From positions 1,440,001 through 1,504,000 of the forward strand of contig OY759974.1 of the NCBI GenBank assembly GCA_963662945.1: a stretch of 64,000 nt of DNA, in the 5' to 3' direction. Positions 20,196-30,650 of this stretch are shown in pieces. The DNA comes from Arcobacteraceae bacterium (lineage in GTDB: Bacteria > Campylobacterota > Campylobacteria > Campylobacterales > Arcobacteraceae). Numbering within the stretch: position 1 is the stretch's first letter; each line of letters starts with the position of its first letter. The notes beneath the pieces are model-generated. The model had not been told where the DNA came from. It ran no database searches and saw only the letters and a program-made list of their open reading frames with translations. The position numbers and the translations under genes are program-made.

Positions 20196-21679
20196 TGATT
20201 GAGCCAATTTCAATAGATTTTGAAGCATTAAATCTACCATCATTAGTACCAATGCTTGTTGCGATTGTTGGTGCGTTAGTTATATTATGTATAGATTTAA
20301 TGACAAAAAACTTACATAAATCATTATATGTTATGTTAAGTATATTAGTTATCTTAATAGATTTAGGTACACTAATTGGGTATAGTGGAGCTACTAGAGG
20401 TTTCTTTGATGTAATGTTAATGGATGGCATATCTATCCTTTCACAAATTATTATATTAGTAGCTTCTGGTTTATTTATAATTTTAGCTTTATCTCAACAA
20501 AGATTCCATGAGTATAGATATCCAGAGTATTTTGCATTATTTTTATTTATGGTAGCTGGTTTCCAATTTATGGTTGCATCAGATAACTTGATATTAATTT
20601 TTGTTGGACTTGAAACAGCATCTATGGCACTTTATACTCTTATTGCAATGCATAATAGAGATAAATCGACAGAAGCTGCTATTAAATACTTTACAATGGG
20701 TGCATTAGCAGCAGGTTTCTTTGCTTTTGGTTCTATGATATTCTATGGTTTAACAGGAAGTGTGGAATTAGGACAAATATCAGCTTCTTTAGTTGCATCT
20801 GATTTTGCAAATTATCCAATAGTATTATTAGGAGTTGTATTTATTATAGGTGGACTTGGATTTAAACTTTCTTTAGTTCCATTTCACACATGGGCTCCTG
20901 ATGTTTATGAAGGAAGTAGTTCTGCACTTGCAGGATATATGTCAATTGTACCTAAAATTGCAGCATTTGTAGTTGCATTAAGATTTTTTGAAATCTTTGT
21001 AAGTGTAGATAATGCATGGATTGAGATGGTATTATATATTATTGTTGTTACAACAATGACATTACCAAATATGATTGCATTAGTACAAACAGACGTTAAA
21101 AGAATGTTAGCATATTCATCAGTATCTCATGCTGGTTTTGTTATGGGCGCTATTTTAGTTGGTACAACTCAGGCTACAGAAGGTTTATTTTTATACTGGA
21201 TATTATTTACATTTACTAACTTAGGTGCATTTGCAATGTTATGGGTAAATAGAACAAAAAATGATCATGGATTTCAAAGTGATCATCCTTTTGAAAAATT
21301 CTCTGGACTTATTAAAATAGCTCCAGTACCTGCTACTATAATGGGATTATTTCTATTAAGTTTAGCAGGAATACCTCCTTTTAGTTTATTCTGGGGAAAA
21401 ATGTACTTAATTGGCGCAACAGTAAATGGTGGATATATTATACTTGCATTAATTATGGCTTTAAACTCAGCAATTGCAGCATATTATTATTTAAAATTAA
21501 TCGTATATATGTTCCTAAAAGATGCAAAAGAAGATGATAGAATAGAATTTATGGGTAATGCAAATAAACCTTTAAAAACTGTAATAGGGGTATCTGCAAT
21601 TATCACTATAACATCAATAATATATATAGACCCGCTTTTAGATATGATTTCAACTTATGTTCAAATGAGCGGATTCTAA
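20195..21679 (+). CDS. nuoN: NADH-quinone oxidoreductase subunit N
   Basis: [33 protein letters not shown]. Confidence 0.98.
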   Translation: MIEPISIDFEALNLPSLVPMLVAIVGALVILCIDLMTKNLHKSLYVMLSILVILIDLGTLIGYSGATRGFFDVMLMDGISILSQIIILVASGLFIILALSQQRFHEYRYPEYFALFLFMVAGFQFMVASDNLILIFVGLETASMALYTLIAMHNRDKSTEAAIKYFTMGALAAGFFAFGSMIFYGLTGSVELGQISASLVASDFANYPIVLLGVVFIIGGLGFKLSLVPFHTWAPDVYEGSSSALAGYMSIVPKIAAFVVALRFFEIFVSVDNAWIEMVLYIIVVTTMTLPNMIALVQTDVKRMLAYSSVSHAGFVMGAILVGTTQATEGLFLYWILFTFTNLGAFAMLWVNRTKNDHGFQSDHPFEKFSGLIKIAPVPATIMGLFLLSLAGIPPFSLFWGKMYLIGATVNGGYIILALIMALNSAIAAYYYLKLIVYMFLKDAKEDDRIEFMGNANKPLKTVIGVSAIITITSIIYIDPLLDMISTYVQMSGF

Positions 21680-21688
21680 AACACTATA

Positions 21689-21713
21689 GAACTAGTAGCT
21701 ATACTACTAGTTC
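21689..21713 (+). terminator. Stem-loop after the nuo operon
   Basis: GAACTAGTAG-ctata-CTACTAGTTC perfect 10-bp stem. No clear U-tract. Confidence 0.6.
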
Positions 21714-21799
21714 GACTTAAACTACTCTTAATATAAATTTCATTACAATTGCGTCTCTACTTTATAAGGTAAGCATTGAGAATATATAAGTATTTTGAC

Positions 21800-21903
21800 T
21801 GCTTCTCTTAGACCTTTACAATTAACTTTAAAGGCAACTCCCCAGGGTAGGAATACAGCAAGGAACCTTTATCTTTGGTGTGTTTAGGTATCTGGGAGGA
21901 GTA
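21800..21903 (+). ncRNA. ffs: Signal recognition particle 4.5S RNA
   Basis: Domain IV signature CAGG-GTA-GGAA-TAC-AGCA. Ends pair (TGCTTCTCTTAGA / TCTGGGAGGAGTA). About 104 nt. TACAAT at 21744. Confidence 0.9.
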
Positions 21904-21979
21904 CTTTTCTTATATAAAAAAAATCATAAAACTTATTAAAATAAATAACAGTAGAAAGAATTTTTACTGCATAAAAGAT

Positions 21980-22141
21980 TTACTTATTAACAGCTTTTTT
22001 AAGACTATCTAATGCATCACTTGTCGCTTCTTTAGTTGAATCCATAGCTTTGTCAAGTTTATCACCTGCTGTTTCTTCACCACAGCCTGCTAAAGTAATG
22101 AGAACAAAAAAAGTTCCTAACAGTAATAATGTTTTTTTCAT
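21980..22141 (-). CDS. Small lipoprotein (53 aa)
   Basis: MKKTLLLLGTFFVLITLAGC lipobox after AAGGA SD. Start moved to ATG 22141. Confidence 0.8.
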   Translation of the reverse strand: MKKTLLLLGTFFVLITLAGCGEETAGDKLDKAMDSTKEATSDALDSLKKAVNK

Positions 22142-22295
22142 GTATATATCCTTATTTAAATGTGATATATTGTACCAAAATAAATTAATTTTATAGTAAA
22201 TATAAAACAAAAAATACAATCCAATAAATTTTAAATAAACTAATATATTTATAAAACTATTGCTACAATTATATTATATAAAGTGAGGATTAGAT

Positions 22296-23339
22296 ATGAA
22301 AAAAATAGCATTGATAGGGGTCTCGTTAACAAGTTTATTACTGGCTACACCACAGCCATATGAAGTAAGTATAACTGCTGGAGGAACAAAAGCAGAAGGC
22401 GATATGAAACTAGATGATCATGCAAATTATGGTATACGATTTGGTATAGAAAATAATTTAATATTAGAGAAAATGTTTGATACAATTGAATTTGTTTATG
22501 AAAGAAGTGAAAATGTAGATTATGAAAATACAGTTTTAGAGACAGATATAAATAGATACTCTGTCAATTTTATACATAGTTACAAGAATTTTGAAAGTTT
22601 TGTTCCTTATGGATTAGTAGGTATTGGATATGAAGATTTTAGTAAAGAGTATTTAAAAGCAAATGATTCTATTGTTGCAAATATTGGGATTGGTGTAAAA
22701 TATTTTTTAAATGATATAGTTTCATTGCGGGCTGAAGTTCGAGATCAAATAAATTTAGAACATAGCGTGCAACATGAGATGATTTATACAGTTGGAGTGG
22801 GATATTCTTTTGGTGAGGGAGCAAAAAAAGAAGTAATAAAGCAAGAAAAAATAGTTGAAACTCCAACAAAAATGAAAGAAGAAACGAAAGAAGAGCAATC
22901 AGTTGTTGTTGCACTAGATAGAGATAATGATGGAGTTTTTGATACAAATGATAAATGTCCAAATACTCTAGAAGGTTGTAGTGTAGATGTTAATGGATGT
23001 GCGATTGATTATACATTTGACGTGAATTTTGATGTAGATAAATATGATATAAAAAAAGAAGACATAGCAAAACTTACAAAATTTGTTGATTTTATGAATA
23101 TGATGACAAAATATAAAGCAGTAATAAATGGACATACTGATGCAACTGCAAGTGAGTCATACAATATGAACCTTTCAATAAAAAGAGCAAAAGCAGTTAT
23201 GGATAAATTAATTGAACTTGGATTAAATAAAGAGAGAGTTTCATTTAAAGGATATGGTGAATCAAAACCAATTGCAACAAATGAAACAGTTAGTGGTAAA
23301 GCCAAAAATAGAAGAGTAGAAGCTCAAATAATTAAATAA
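22296..23339 (+). CDS. OprF/CadF-like outer-membrane protein (beta-barrel + TSP3-type Ca-binding repeat + OmpA domain)
   Basis: Signal peptide, barrel strands (PYGLVGIG, GIGVKY), DRDNDGVFDTNDKCPNT, GHTD...YNMNLSIKRA...NRRVE. Confidence 0.9.
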   Translation: MKKIALIGVSLTSLLLATPQPYEVSITAGGTKAEGDMKLDDHANYGIRFGIENNLILEKMFDTIEFVYERSENVDYENTVLETDINRYSVNFIHSYKNFESFVPYGLVGIGYEDFSKEYLKANDSIVANIGIGVKYFLNDIVSLRAEVRDQINLEHSVQHEMIYTVGVGYSFGEGAKKEVIKQEKIVETPTKMKEETKEEQSVVVALDRDNDGVFDTNDKCPNTLEGCSVDVNGCAIDYTFDVNFDVDKYDIKKEDIAKLTKFVDFMNMMTKYKAVINGHTDATASESYNMNLSIKRAKAVMDKLIELGLNKERVSFKGYGESKPIATNETVSGKAKNRRVEAQIIK

Positions 23340-23350
23340 AAGGAGAACAA

Positions 23351-24145
23351 ATGATTACAGAATTTATGATGAAGGTTATTATTGCTTTAGCAATATTTTT
23401 TATTGGTAAAAAACTTGCAAGATGGATTACTGATATAAGTTTAAAAAGTTTAAATAAAACAGGTCAGATAGATGCTACATTAGAGAAGTTTTTATCAAGT
23501 GTACTTTATGGTATTCTATTAGTTCTTGTTACATTGTCTGCATTGGGACAATTAGGCGTTCAAACTACATCTTTTATAGCAATATTAGGAGCAGTAGGTT
23601 TAGCAGTAGGTTTGGCATTTCAAAGTACATTATCAAATATAAGTGCGGGTGTTATGATAATTATATTTAGACCAATAAAAGTTGGAGAATTTGTAGAAGC
23701 AGGTGGAACATCTGGTTTTGTAGAAGAGATTAATATATTTAATACAATATTAAAAACAGGAGATAATAAAATTATCATAGTGGCAAACTCCAAAGTAATA
23801 GGGGATAATATTACAAATTATTCAAGAAAAGAAACAAGAAGAGTAGATGCAATATTTGGTATTGGATATGATGCAGATTTGAAACTAGCAAAAGAAACAT
23901 TATTGGAAGTATTACATAGTGATGAGCGTATTTTAAAGGATCCAGAACCATTTGTTGCAGTATATGAATTAGCAGATAGCAGTGTGAACTTTGTAACGAG
24001 AGCTTGGGTAAAAAGTGATGATTACTGGGGAGTGAAATTTGATACTATGGAGAAAGTAAAATTAAGATTTGATGAAAAGAATATTTCTATCCCTTATCCA
24101 CAAATGGATATTCATATGAAACAAAGTAGTAATAATGGTGAATAA
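23351..24145 (+). CDS. mscS: Small-conductance mechanosensitive channel
   Basis: LGAVGLAVGLAFQSTLSNI, RPIKVGE, ISIPYPQ. Confidence 0.93.
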   Translation: MITEFMMKVIIALAIFFIGKKLARWITDISLKSLNKTGQIDATLEKFLSSVLYGILLVLVTLSALGQLGVQTTSFIAILGAVGLAVGLAFQSTLSNISAGVMIIIFRPIKVGEFVEAGGTSGFVEEINIFNTILKTGDNKIIIVANSKVIGDNITNYSRKETRRVDAIFGIGYDADLKLAKETLLEVLHSDERILKDPEPFVAVYELADSSVNFVTRAWVKSDDYWGVKFDTMEKVKLRFDEKNISIPYPQMDIHMKQSSNNGE

Positions 24146-24812
24146 AATACCATTGAATTTTAAAAAAGGAATTTCAACTTTTCAAATTATAATCTTACTA
24201 ATAGTAGGATATTATGTATGGGGTTATGTGCAAGATAATTATATTTATAAAGATACTCCTAAATATTTAGTAGACTTTAAAAATGCAATTAAAGATTTCT
24301 CGACTCAAAAAGATACAGTAAAAAAGACATATCAAGAGGCAATAGAAGCTAAAGAAGAAGCAAAAAAAGTGAAATATGTTTTTAAAAATGAATCTACAAA
24401 AGAGTTTATAAAGAAATGGGGAAAAGCACAAAATGAAGTTATTGTCTTAAAAGAAAAGTTTGAAATTTATAAAGAAGAAACAGAAAACTTTGTTGAAAAA
24501 CTTGATGAAAATTTAGATCAAATTCAAAATGATGAAGTACTAAAAGAGAGAATGAAGGAATTTAGTAAAAATAAAGCTAAATTAATGGCAAAAAATATTA
24601 TAAATATTGAACGCAATATTGAAAAACTTGATAACTCTATTACAAAAGGGAATAATCTGATAGTGGCTTTAAAAACTGTAAGTTCATTCAATGTTTTATC
24701 AGAAGATGCTAGAGAGTTTGATTCAATATTAAATGATTCTAGTGATATATTTATTTCGATAGATTCTTTAGTAAATGAGGGGATAAAGGTTCTTGATGAT
24801 GAGCTTAAGTAA
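24135..24812 (+). CDS. Hypothetical single-TM coiled-coil protein
   Basis: 225-aa ORF overlapping mscS. N-terminal hydrophobic helix then K/E-rich helices. Confidence 0.7.
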   Translation: MVNKIPLNFKKGISTFQIIILLIVGYYVWGYVQDNYIYKDTPKYLVDFKNAIKDFSTQKDTVKKTYQEAIEAKEEAKKVKYVFKNESTKEFIKKWGKAQNEVIVLKEKFEIYKEETENFVEKLDENLDQIQNDEVLKERMKEFSKNKAKLMAKNIINIERNIEKLDNSITKGNNLIVALKTVSSFNVLSEDAREFDSILNDSSDIFISIDSLVNEGIKVLDDELK

Positions 24813-24875
24813 ATTGTCTAAGGAGTATTTTATAAATATTTCATATAATTCCTCTTTTACAAAGGAAGTGTATTT

Positions 24876-25175
24876 ATGAATTTATTAATACCAGTAGATG
24901 ATAGTGATATTGAAGAAGCACAAATCGTTTCTTTAGATAATGTAAATTATTGGTTACTATTAGAACTTACAGAAGGAAAAATTGTAAAGTCAGAGTTTTA
25001 CCAATCTAGAGATGAAATTAGTGATTGGGTAGATGTACTTATTGTAAATAGTCAAAAAGAATATGTATGGCCTTTTATGGAAGAGGGTATTGCTATTTTA
25101 GTTGCTCCATTACAAAAATCAATAGAAGATATAGTAGAAGCTTATTTATTTAAAGAGCTTCATGAAATAAATTAA
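24876..25175 (+). CDS. Small acidic protein, possibly divergent NifB/NifX-like fold
   Basis: Good SD, 99 aa. MNLLIPVD...DVLIV...EEGI...SIEDIVEAYL pattern resembles NifX-family termini. Confidence 0.55.
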   Translation: MNLLIPVDDSDIEEAQIVSLDNVNYWLLLELTEGKIVKSEFYQSRDEISDWVDVLIVNSQKEYVWPFMEEGIAILVAPLQKSIEDIVEAYLFKELHEIN

Positions 25176-25187
25176 AAAGGAAAAAAT

Positions 25188-25700
25188 ATGTTTGGATTTG
25201 GTCGAAAAGAATTAAAAGAGTATGATTTATCAAAAGAGGAATTAGATAAATTACAATATGCGAAGTTTACAACTTCTAAAGGTGTAATATGGACTAAGTT
25301 AACACCTGAATTTACTCCTACAACTGTTGCAAATTTTGCGTATTTAGCAAATGATGGTTTTTATGATGGTTTAAATTTTCATAGAGTAATTGAAGGATTT
25401 ATGGCACAAGGTGGTTGTCCACTAGGAACTGGTACTGGTGGTCCAGAGTGGGCAATTGAGTGTGAAACAAAAGGGGAAGGTCAAGTACATAAAAAAGGAA
25501 GTTTATCTATGGCACATGCTGGTCCAAATACTGGTGGAAGTCAATTTTTTATTTGTTTTGTTCCTTGTCCACATCTTGATGGTGGGCATACTGTTTTTGG
25601 TGGAATTGAACCTAATGATAAAGAAAGTTTTGAAGTTCTTGATTCTATAAAACAGGGTGATATTATAGAAAAAATAGAAATCTTTGAATCTAAAGAATAG
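25188..25700 (+). CDS. ppiB: Cyclophilin-type peptidyl-prolyl isomerase
   Basis: FYDGLNFHRVIEGFMAQGG, SMAHAGPNTGGSQFFI, HTVFG. Confidence 0.93.
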   Translation: MFGFGRKELKEYDLSKEELDKLQYAKFTTSKGVIWTKLTPEFTPTTVANFAYLANDGFYDGLNFHRVIEGFMAQGGCPLGTGTGGPEWAIECETKGEGQVHKKGSLSMAHAGPNTGGSQFFICFVPCPHLDGGHTVFGGIEPNDKESFEVLDSIKQGDIIEKIEIFESKE

Positions 25701-25716
25701 TAAAAATTAATATTTT

Positions 25717-25760
25717 AAAGGGTAACAAACGATCAATTTATCGTTTGTTACCCTTTTTTT
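25717..25760. terminator. Probable bidirectional intrinsic terminator between ppi and serS
   Basis: AAAGGGTAACAAACGAT-caattt-ATCGTTTGTTACCCTTT then T-run, between convergent genes. Confidence 0.88.
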
Positions 25761-27003
25761 ACATATATTTTTCTAAAACTTGAGGTATTTTAATACTTCC
25801 ATCTTCTTGTTGATAATTTTCCATTATTGCAACGAGTGTTCTCCCAACAGCTAAACTAGAACCATTTAATGTATGACACAATGTATTTTGTTTCCCATCT
25901 TTAAATCTTATTTTTGCTCTACGTGCTTGAAATTCTCTAGTATTTGAAATAGAGCTTATTTCTCTATATGTATTTTGTCCAGGTAACCATACTTCAAGGT
26001 CTATAGTTGTTGATGCACTAAATCCTAAGTCACCAGTACATAATTGAACTTTTTGGTGAGCTAATCCTAATGATGCAAGTAAATCACTAGCACACTGTAC
26101 CATTTTATCGAATACTTCCTCTGATTGTTCTGGCTTAGTAATAGCTACCATTTCTACTTTATCAAATTGATGTTGCCGTATCATCCCTCTTGTATCTCTT
26201 CCAGCACTTCCTGCTTCTTTTCTAAAACAAGGAGTATACGATGTAAGAAGTAAAGGCAACTCTTCTTCTGGAATAATTTCGTCATTGTAAAGATTTGTTA
26301 AACATACTTCAGCTGTTGGGATAAGGTATAAATCTTCCCCCTCAATTTTAAACAAATCATCTCCAAATTTTGGTAATTGACCAGTTCCTTCAAGAGTATT
26401 TGTATTTGCCATAAATGGAACATACCACTCTTCAAATCCTCGTTCTCGATTAAAATCAAGAAAATAGTTGATTAAAGCTCTTTCTAGTCTTGCCCCAATA
26501 CCTTTAAGTGCAGAGAATCTACTTTTTGCTAATTTTACACCTCTAGTGAAATCAATCATTCCATTGTTCTCACCAAGTTCCCAATGCTCTTTTGGTTCAA
26601 AAGTAAATGTTGGCTTTTTCCCAATTACTTCTAATACAATATTTTCATTTTCATCAGCTCCAATTGGCACTGAATCATCTGGCATATTTGGAATACCCAT
26701 AATGATGTTGTCAATTGCTAATTCATCAGCTCTCACTTCATCTTCTAATTTTTGTTTTTCATCTTTTAACTTATCAATTTGCTCTTTTAATGGAGCTATA
26801 TCTAAACCTTCTTTTTTATAAGCTCCAAATTGATTTGATAGTTGTTTTTGTTCAGCCTGTACAGCTTCCATATTTTGTCTTTTAGATTTTGTATTAATTG
26901 TTCTATTTTTTAAATCTTCTAATATCTCTTTTGAAACACCTTTTTTTTCTAAAGCAGTCGCAACTGTATCAAATTCTTTTTCTAAAAGTTTTTTATCTAT
27001 CAT
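25759..27003 (-). CDS. serS: Serine--tRNA ligase
   Basis: [41 protein letters not shown]. Confidence 0.98.
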   Translation of the reverse strand: MIDKKLLEKEFDTVATALEKKGVSKEILEDLKNRTINTKSKRQNMEAVQAEQKQLSNQFGAYKKEGLDIAPLKEQIDKLKDEKQKLEDEVRADELAIDNIIMGIPNMPDDSVPIGADENENIVLEVIGKKPTFTFEPKEHWELGENNGMIDFTRGVKLAKSRFSALKGIGARLERALINYFLDFNRERGFEEWYVPFMANTNTLEGTGQLPKFGDDLFKIEGEDLYLIPTAEVCLTNLYNDEIIPEEELPLLLTSYTPCFRKEAGSAGRDTRGMIRQHQFDKVEMVAITKPEQSEEVFDKMVQCASDLLASLGLAHQKVQLCTGDLGFSASTTIDLEVWLPGQNTYREISSISNTREFQARRAKIRFKDGKQNTLCHTLNGSSLAVGRTLVAIMENYQQEDGSIKIPQVLEKYM

Positions 27004-27004
27004 T

Positions 27005-27613
27005 TTATAATTTTCCTTTGTTTTGTATATGTTCGTTAATAATTTCTGTAATTTCTTCTTTTTTTATAAAATCAGCACCCATACTTACTATAAATTGACT
27101 AGCTTGGGCCACTGTTAGCGTGGTGGCTTTGACTTTACTTTTATCTACAATAACTGTATATCCACTAGTAGGATTTGGACTAGTTGGAACAAATACTACA
27201 TAGATATTTTCATGTTTACTTAATACGTAAGATGGTACCCAAAGGTCATCTTTTGGATATTCAACGAGTACAACTTCTTTTTTTACATCTTTACTATTTG
27301 GTTTAAATAATTCTGTGATTTTTTTTAAGATAGAATAAATTGTACCAATTGCAGGGACTTTTTCTAGCAGTCTATCAATAGTTGAAATAAAAAAAGATTT
27401 ACCAGCTTTTTCTAGAGATGCACCTATAAATACTAATAAAGTTACAATAATGACAAGTATTGCAAATGTATAAAGTCCACTATTTGTATAAGATGAAACA
27501 AAATCAAACAATTGTAACATTAATGATTTTACCCAAAAGACTAATTGAATAACCACGAATAAAGGTATTAATGCTAAAGCACCTACAAAAAGGTACCTGA
27601 AAAATTGCTTCAT
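27005..27613 (-). CDS. DUF502 membrane protein
   Basis: [20 protein letters not shown]. Start set at ATG 27613 after GGAG. Confidence 0.88.
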   Translation of the reverse strand: MKQFFRYLFVGALALIPLFVVIQLVFWVKSLMLQLFDFVSSYTNSGLYTFAILVIIVTLLVFIGASLEKAGKSFFISTIDRLLEKVPAIGTIYSILKKITELFKPNSKDVKKEVVLVEYPKDDLWVPSYVLSKHENIYVVFVPTSPNPTSGYTVIVDKSKVKATTLTVAQASQFIVSMGADFIKKEEITEIINEHIQNKGKL

Positions 27614-27667
27614 CTTACTCTCCATAAATTTACGGTATTATATCGAAAATTTACTAAGGATTAATTT

Positions 27668-28633
27668 TTGCGAATATTAAGTGGAATACAACCAAGTGGT
27701 ACAATACATATAGGTAATTACTTTGGTATGATAAAAAAGATGGTAGAGTCTCAAAATGATGGAGAACTCTTTGCTTTTATTGCCTCATATCATGCATTGA
27801 CCTCAGTTGCTGATAAAGAAATATTACAAAAAAATATATTTGAGGCTGCTGTAAACTTTTTAAGTTTGGGAATGGACCCAGAGAAATCAACATTTTGGGT
27901 TCAAAGTGATGTTCCAGAGGTTTTAGAACTTTATTGGATATTGTCAAATCACACTCCAATGGGATTGCTAGAGCGAGCACATAGTTATAAAGATAAGACA
28001 GCACGAGGATTTGCAACAAATCATGGGTTATTGTCATATCCTGTATTGATGGCTGCAGATATTTTGTTATTTGATTCAAATATTGTTCCTGTAGGAAAAG
28101 ATCAGATTCAACATGTAGAAATTACACGAGATATTGCAAACACATTTAACAATGCATATGGAGATATTTTAGTGATGCCAGAAGCTAAAGTTGATGAAGT
28201 TGTTGCAACAGTTCCTGGAACAGATGGTGCAAAAATGTCAAAAAGTTATGGAAATACTATAGATATGTTTGGAAGTACAAAAACTATCAAAAAACAAGTT
28301 ATGAAAATAGTAACAGACTCTAAAGAACTTCACGAACCAAAAGAATATGCGACTTGCAATGTTTATAAATTATGTGAACTATTTATGAATGAAGCTGAGT
28401 TACAAGAAATGCAAAAAAGATATGCAACTCCTGGTGAAGGATATGGACATTTTAAATTAGCTTTACTAGATAAAATAAATGAACATTTTGCTCCATATAC
28501 AGATAAAAGAGAATATTATTTAAATAATCCAAATGAAGTAAAAGAAATATTACAGTATGGAGCCTCAAAAGCAAGAAAAGTAGCTCAAGAGAAATTAAGA
28601 GTTATAAGAGATGCTGTTGGATTAAATTATTAA
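27668..28633 (+). CDS. trpS: Tryptophan--tRNA ligase
   Basis: SGIQPSG-HIGN, YPVLMAADIL, GKDQIQH, KMSKS. Confidence 0.98.
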   Translation: MRILSGIQPSGTIHIGNYFGMIKKMVESQNDGELFAFIASYHALTSVADKEILQKNIFEAAVNFLSLGMDPEKSTFWVQSDVPEVLELYWILSNHTPMGLLERAHSYKDKTARGFATNHGLLSYPVLMAADILLFDSNIVPVGKDQIQHVEITRDIANTFNNAYGDILVMPEAKVDEVVATVPGTDGAKMSKSYGNTIDMFGSTKTIKKQVMKIVTDSKELHEPKEYATCNVYKLCELFMNEAELQEMQKRYATPGEGYGHFKLALLDKINEHFAPYTDKREYYLNNPNEVKEILQYGASKARKVAQEKLRVIRDAVGLNY

Positions 28634-28646
28634 TATTAGGATTTAA

Positions 28647-29957
28647 ATGGATAGTAGTTATAAAAATATTCTTATCTCAGTCGTTGTTGCTTTATTAGGA
28701 TATTTTACTGCTGGGTTCATTTTTGATGAGATACAAGCTAGGTTAGTAGCTATAGTAATATTTTTAGTAGCTATGTGGACAAATGAAGCTTTGCCTTTAG
28801 GTGTTGTATCTCTTTTACCTATTATTCTTTTTCCTGCTTTTGATATACTTAGCACAAATGTAACAACTGCTAATTATTCTAAATCTATAATATTTTTATT
28901 TTTAGGAGGATTTTTATTAGCAATTGCTGTTGAAAAAATAGGATTACATAAAGTAATTGCACATAAATTATTAAATATTTTTCCTGCAAATGTAAGAGGA
29001 ATAATATTTGCTTTAGCAATTACCTCTGCATTTTTAAGTTCTTTATTATCAAATACAACCACAGCATTACTACTTATGCCAATAGCACTCTTTTTAACAG
29101 ATACAATTAAATTAAAAATTAGATTTGTATTAGCTGTAGCATATGGTGCTAGTATAGGTGGAATTATAACACCTATAGGTACACCACCAAATTTGATTTT
29201 AATGGGATTTTTACAAGAGAATCAATTAGAAACTTTGACATTTATTACATGGATGTTTAAAACATTGCCTTTAGCTATTATTATGCTTACACTTGTTCCA
29301 TACGTTCTGTCTTTAGGTGCAACACATTTAAGTGTAGAAAATATCGTGACAATGAAAGAACTTAATAAAGAGCAAAAAAGATTATTAAAAATTTTAGCTT
29401 TATTAATTGTGATATTATTTATAAATTCATTTTTTAAATTTAGTGAAGCTGGAATACTGTTAAGCTTTGGACTTGCTATGATGTTACCAAAAATTGGTTT
29501 TTTAGATTGGGTTGATAGTAAAAAAATACCATTTGATATTATGTTTTTATTTGGTGCAGGATTTAGTATCGCTGCTGCATTTACTGGAACAGGTTTAGCT
29601 CAATCTATTTCAGAAATGCTTTTAAGTTTAACGCAGTTAAATCCTATTATATTAATATTAATTGTAGCAACTATGATAACATTTACAACGGAAGTTACGA
29701 GTAATACAGCACTTATTTCAATAGCACTTCCAATAATTTATTCATTAGGTTTAGCTTCGAATATTGATACAACTTTATTATTAATGGTTGCAACGATTTG
29801 TGCCAGTTATGCCTTTATGCTTCCTATTGCAACGCCACCAAATGCAATAGCCATGAGTAGTAAAGTTTTAAGTATTAAAGATATGGCAAGTTATGGAATA
29901 GCCTTCAATATTCTAGCAATTATATCAACAGTAATTATAGCAATAGTTTGGTGGTAA
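28647..29957 (+). CDS. SLC13/DASS sodium:anion symporter
   Basis: SNTTT, TPIGTPPN, SNTA, FMLPIATPPNAI. Confidence 0.93.
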   Translation: MDSSYKNILISVVVALLGYFTAGFIFDEIQARLVAIVIFLVAMWTNEALPLGVVSLLPIILFPAFDILSTNVTTANYSKSIIFLFLGGFLLAIAVEKIGLHKVIAHKLLNIFPANVRGIIFALAITSAFLSSLLSNTTTALLLMPIALFLTDTIKLKIRFVLAVAYGASIGGIITPIGTPPNLILMGFLQENQLETLTFITWMFKTLPLAIIMLTLVPYVLSLGATHLSVENIVTMKELNKEQKRLLKILALLIVILFINSFFKFSEAGILLSFGLAMMLPKIGFLDWVDSKKIPFDIMFLFGAGFSIAAAFTGTGLAQSISEMLLSLTQLNPIILILIVATMITFTTEVTSNTALISIALPIIYSLGLASNIDTTLLLMVATICASYAFMLPIATPPNAIAMSSKVLSIKDMASYGIAFNILAIISTVIIAIVWW

Positions 29958-29980
29958 TATGAGAACTAGATAAGGAAAAT

Positions 29981-30247
29981 TTATACTAAAAATTCTCGTA
30001 TTTTTTTCTGTTCATCTATTTGAATTTTCATTTTTTCTCTATGATTCTTGAGAAAAGATATATTTTTATAGAACAGTTCAGATAGCGTTTCAAGATCATT
30101 TAATTCTAAATTGAAATCTTCTATCTGATTATTCACAAGGTAGGTTTCTACCCATTTTTGTAAAGCAATGGCTCTTTCATCACTTTCTAGTGAGTCAAGA
30201 TATCGTAGACTTTTTAGAGCCTTTAGAGACCAGTTTCTTCTTTCCAC
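29981..30247 (-). CDS. Small hypothetical protein after fliS (FliT position)
   Basis: 88-aa helical ORF overlapping the fliS 3' end. Confidence 0.6.
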   Translation of the reverse strand: MERRNWSLKALKSLRYLDSLESDERAIALQKWVETYLVNNQIEDFNLELNDLETLSELFYKNISFLKNHREKMKIQIDEQKKIREFLV

Positions 30248-30579
30248 GCTTCAATTAGTCCTTTAACAACTTTTTTTACTTGAGCAATAGCAGTTAAATT
30301 ATTATCAACTCCAGCACTAAATAAAGTCTCTATTTGATAAAGATATAAACCATCAAGATAATATGCAACATCTCCACCATCAAAATCAAGGATATTTCTT
30401 AATTCATCAAAGATAGCAATTGAACGATTAATATAGTCAAATTTTTCTTCTACGTTATTCTCTTCAATTGCTTTTTCAACGAACGCAAGATATTTTAATA
30501 AGCCTTCATAAAGCTTTAGTATCAACATATACGGATCTTCAGTTGTCGCCGCTTGTTGGTTATATACATCTAGTCCCAT
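30223..30579 (-). CDS. fliS: Flagellin chaperone FliS
   Basis: PYMLILKLYEG, ELRNILDFDGGDVAYYLDGLY, EAWKE. Start ATG 30579 after GGAG. Confidence 0.93.
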   Translation of the reverse strand: MGLDVYNQQAATTEDPYMLILKLYEGLLKYLAFVEKAIEENNVEEKFDYINRSIAIFDELRNILDFDGGDVAYYLDGLYLYQIETLFSAGVDNNLTAIAQVKKVVKGLIEAWKEETGL

Positions 30580-30650
30580 CAAAATCTCCAAATAATTATA
30601 TTTGAAGATTATATTACATTAATACTTAAACTATATTAAGTATGTAACAA

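Noticed and set aside
22296-23339. Naming the OmpA-family gene cadF (fibronectin adhesin)
   Set aside because: The architecture fits, but the FRLS binding motif of C. jejuni CadF is not present and orthology cannot be tested here.
24876-25175. NifX-like protein as evidence of nitrogen fixation
   Set aside because: The similarity is weak, no nif genes are in the window, and the family is widespread in non-diazotrophs.
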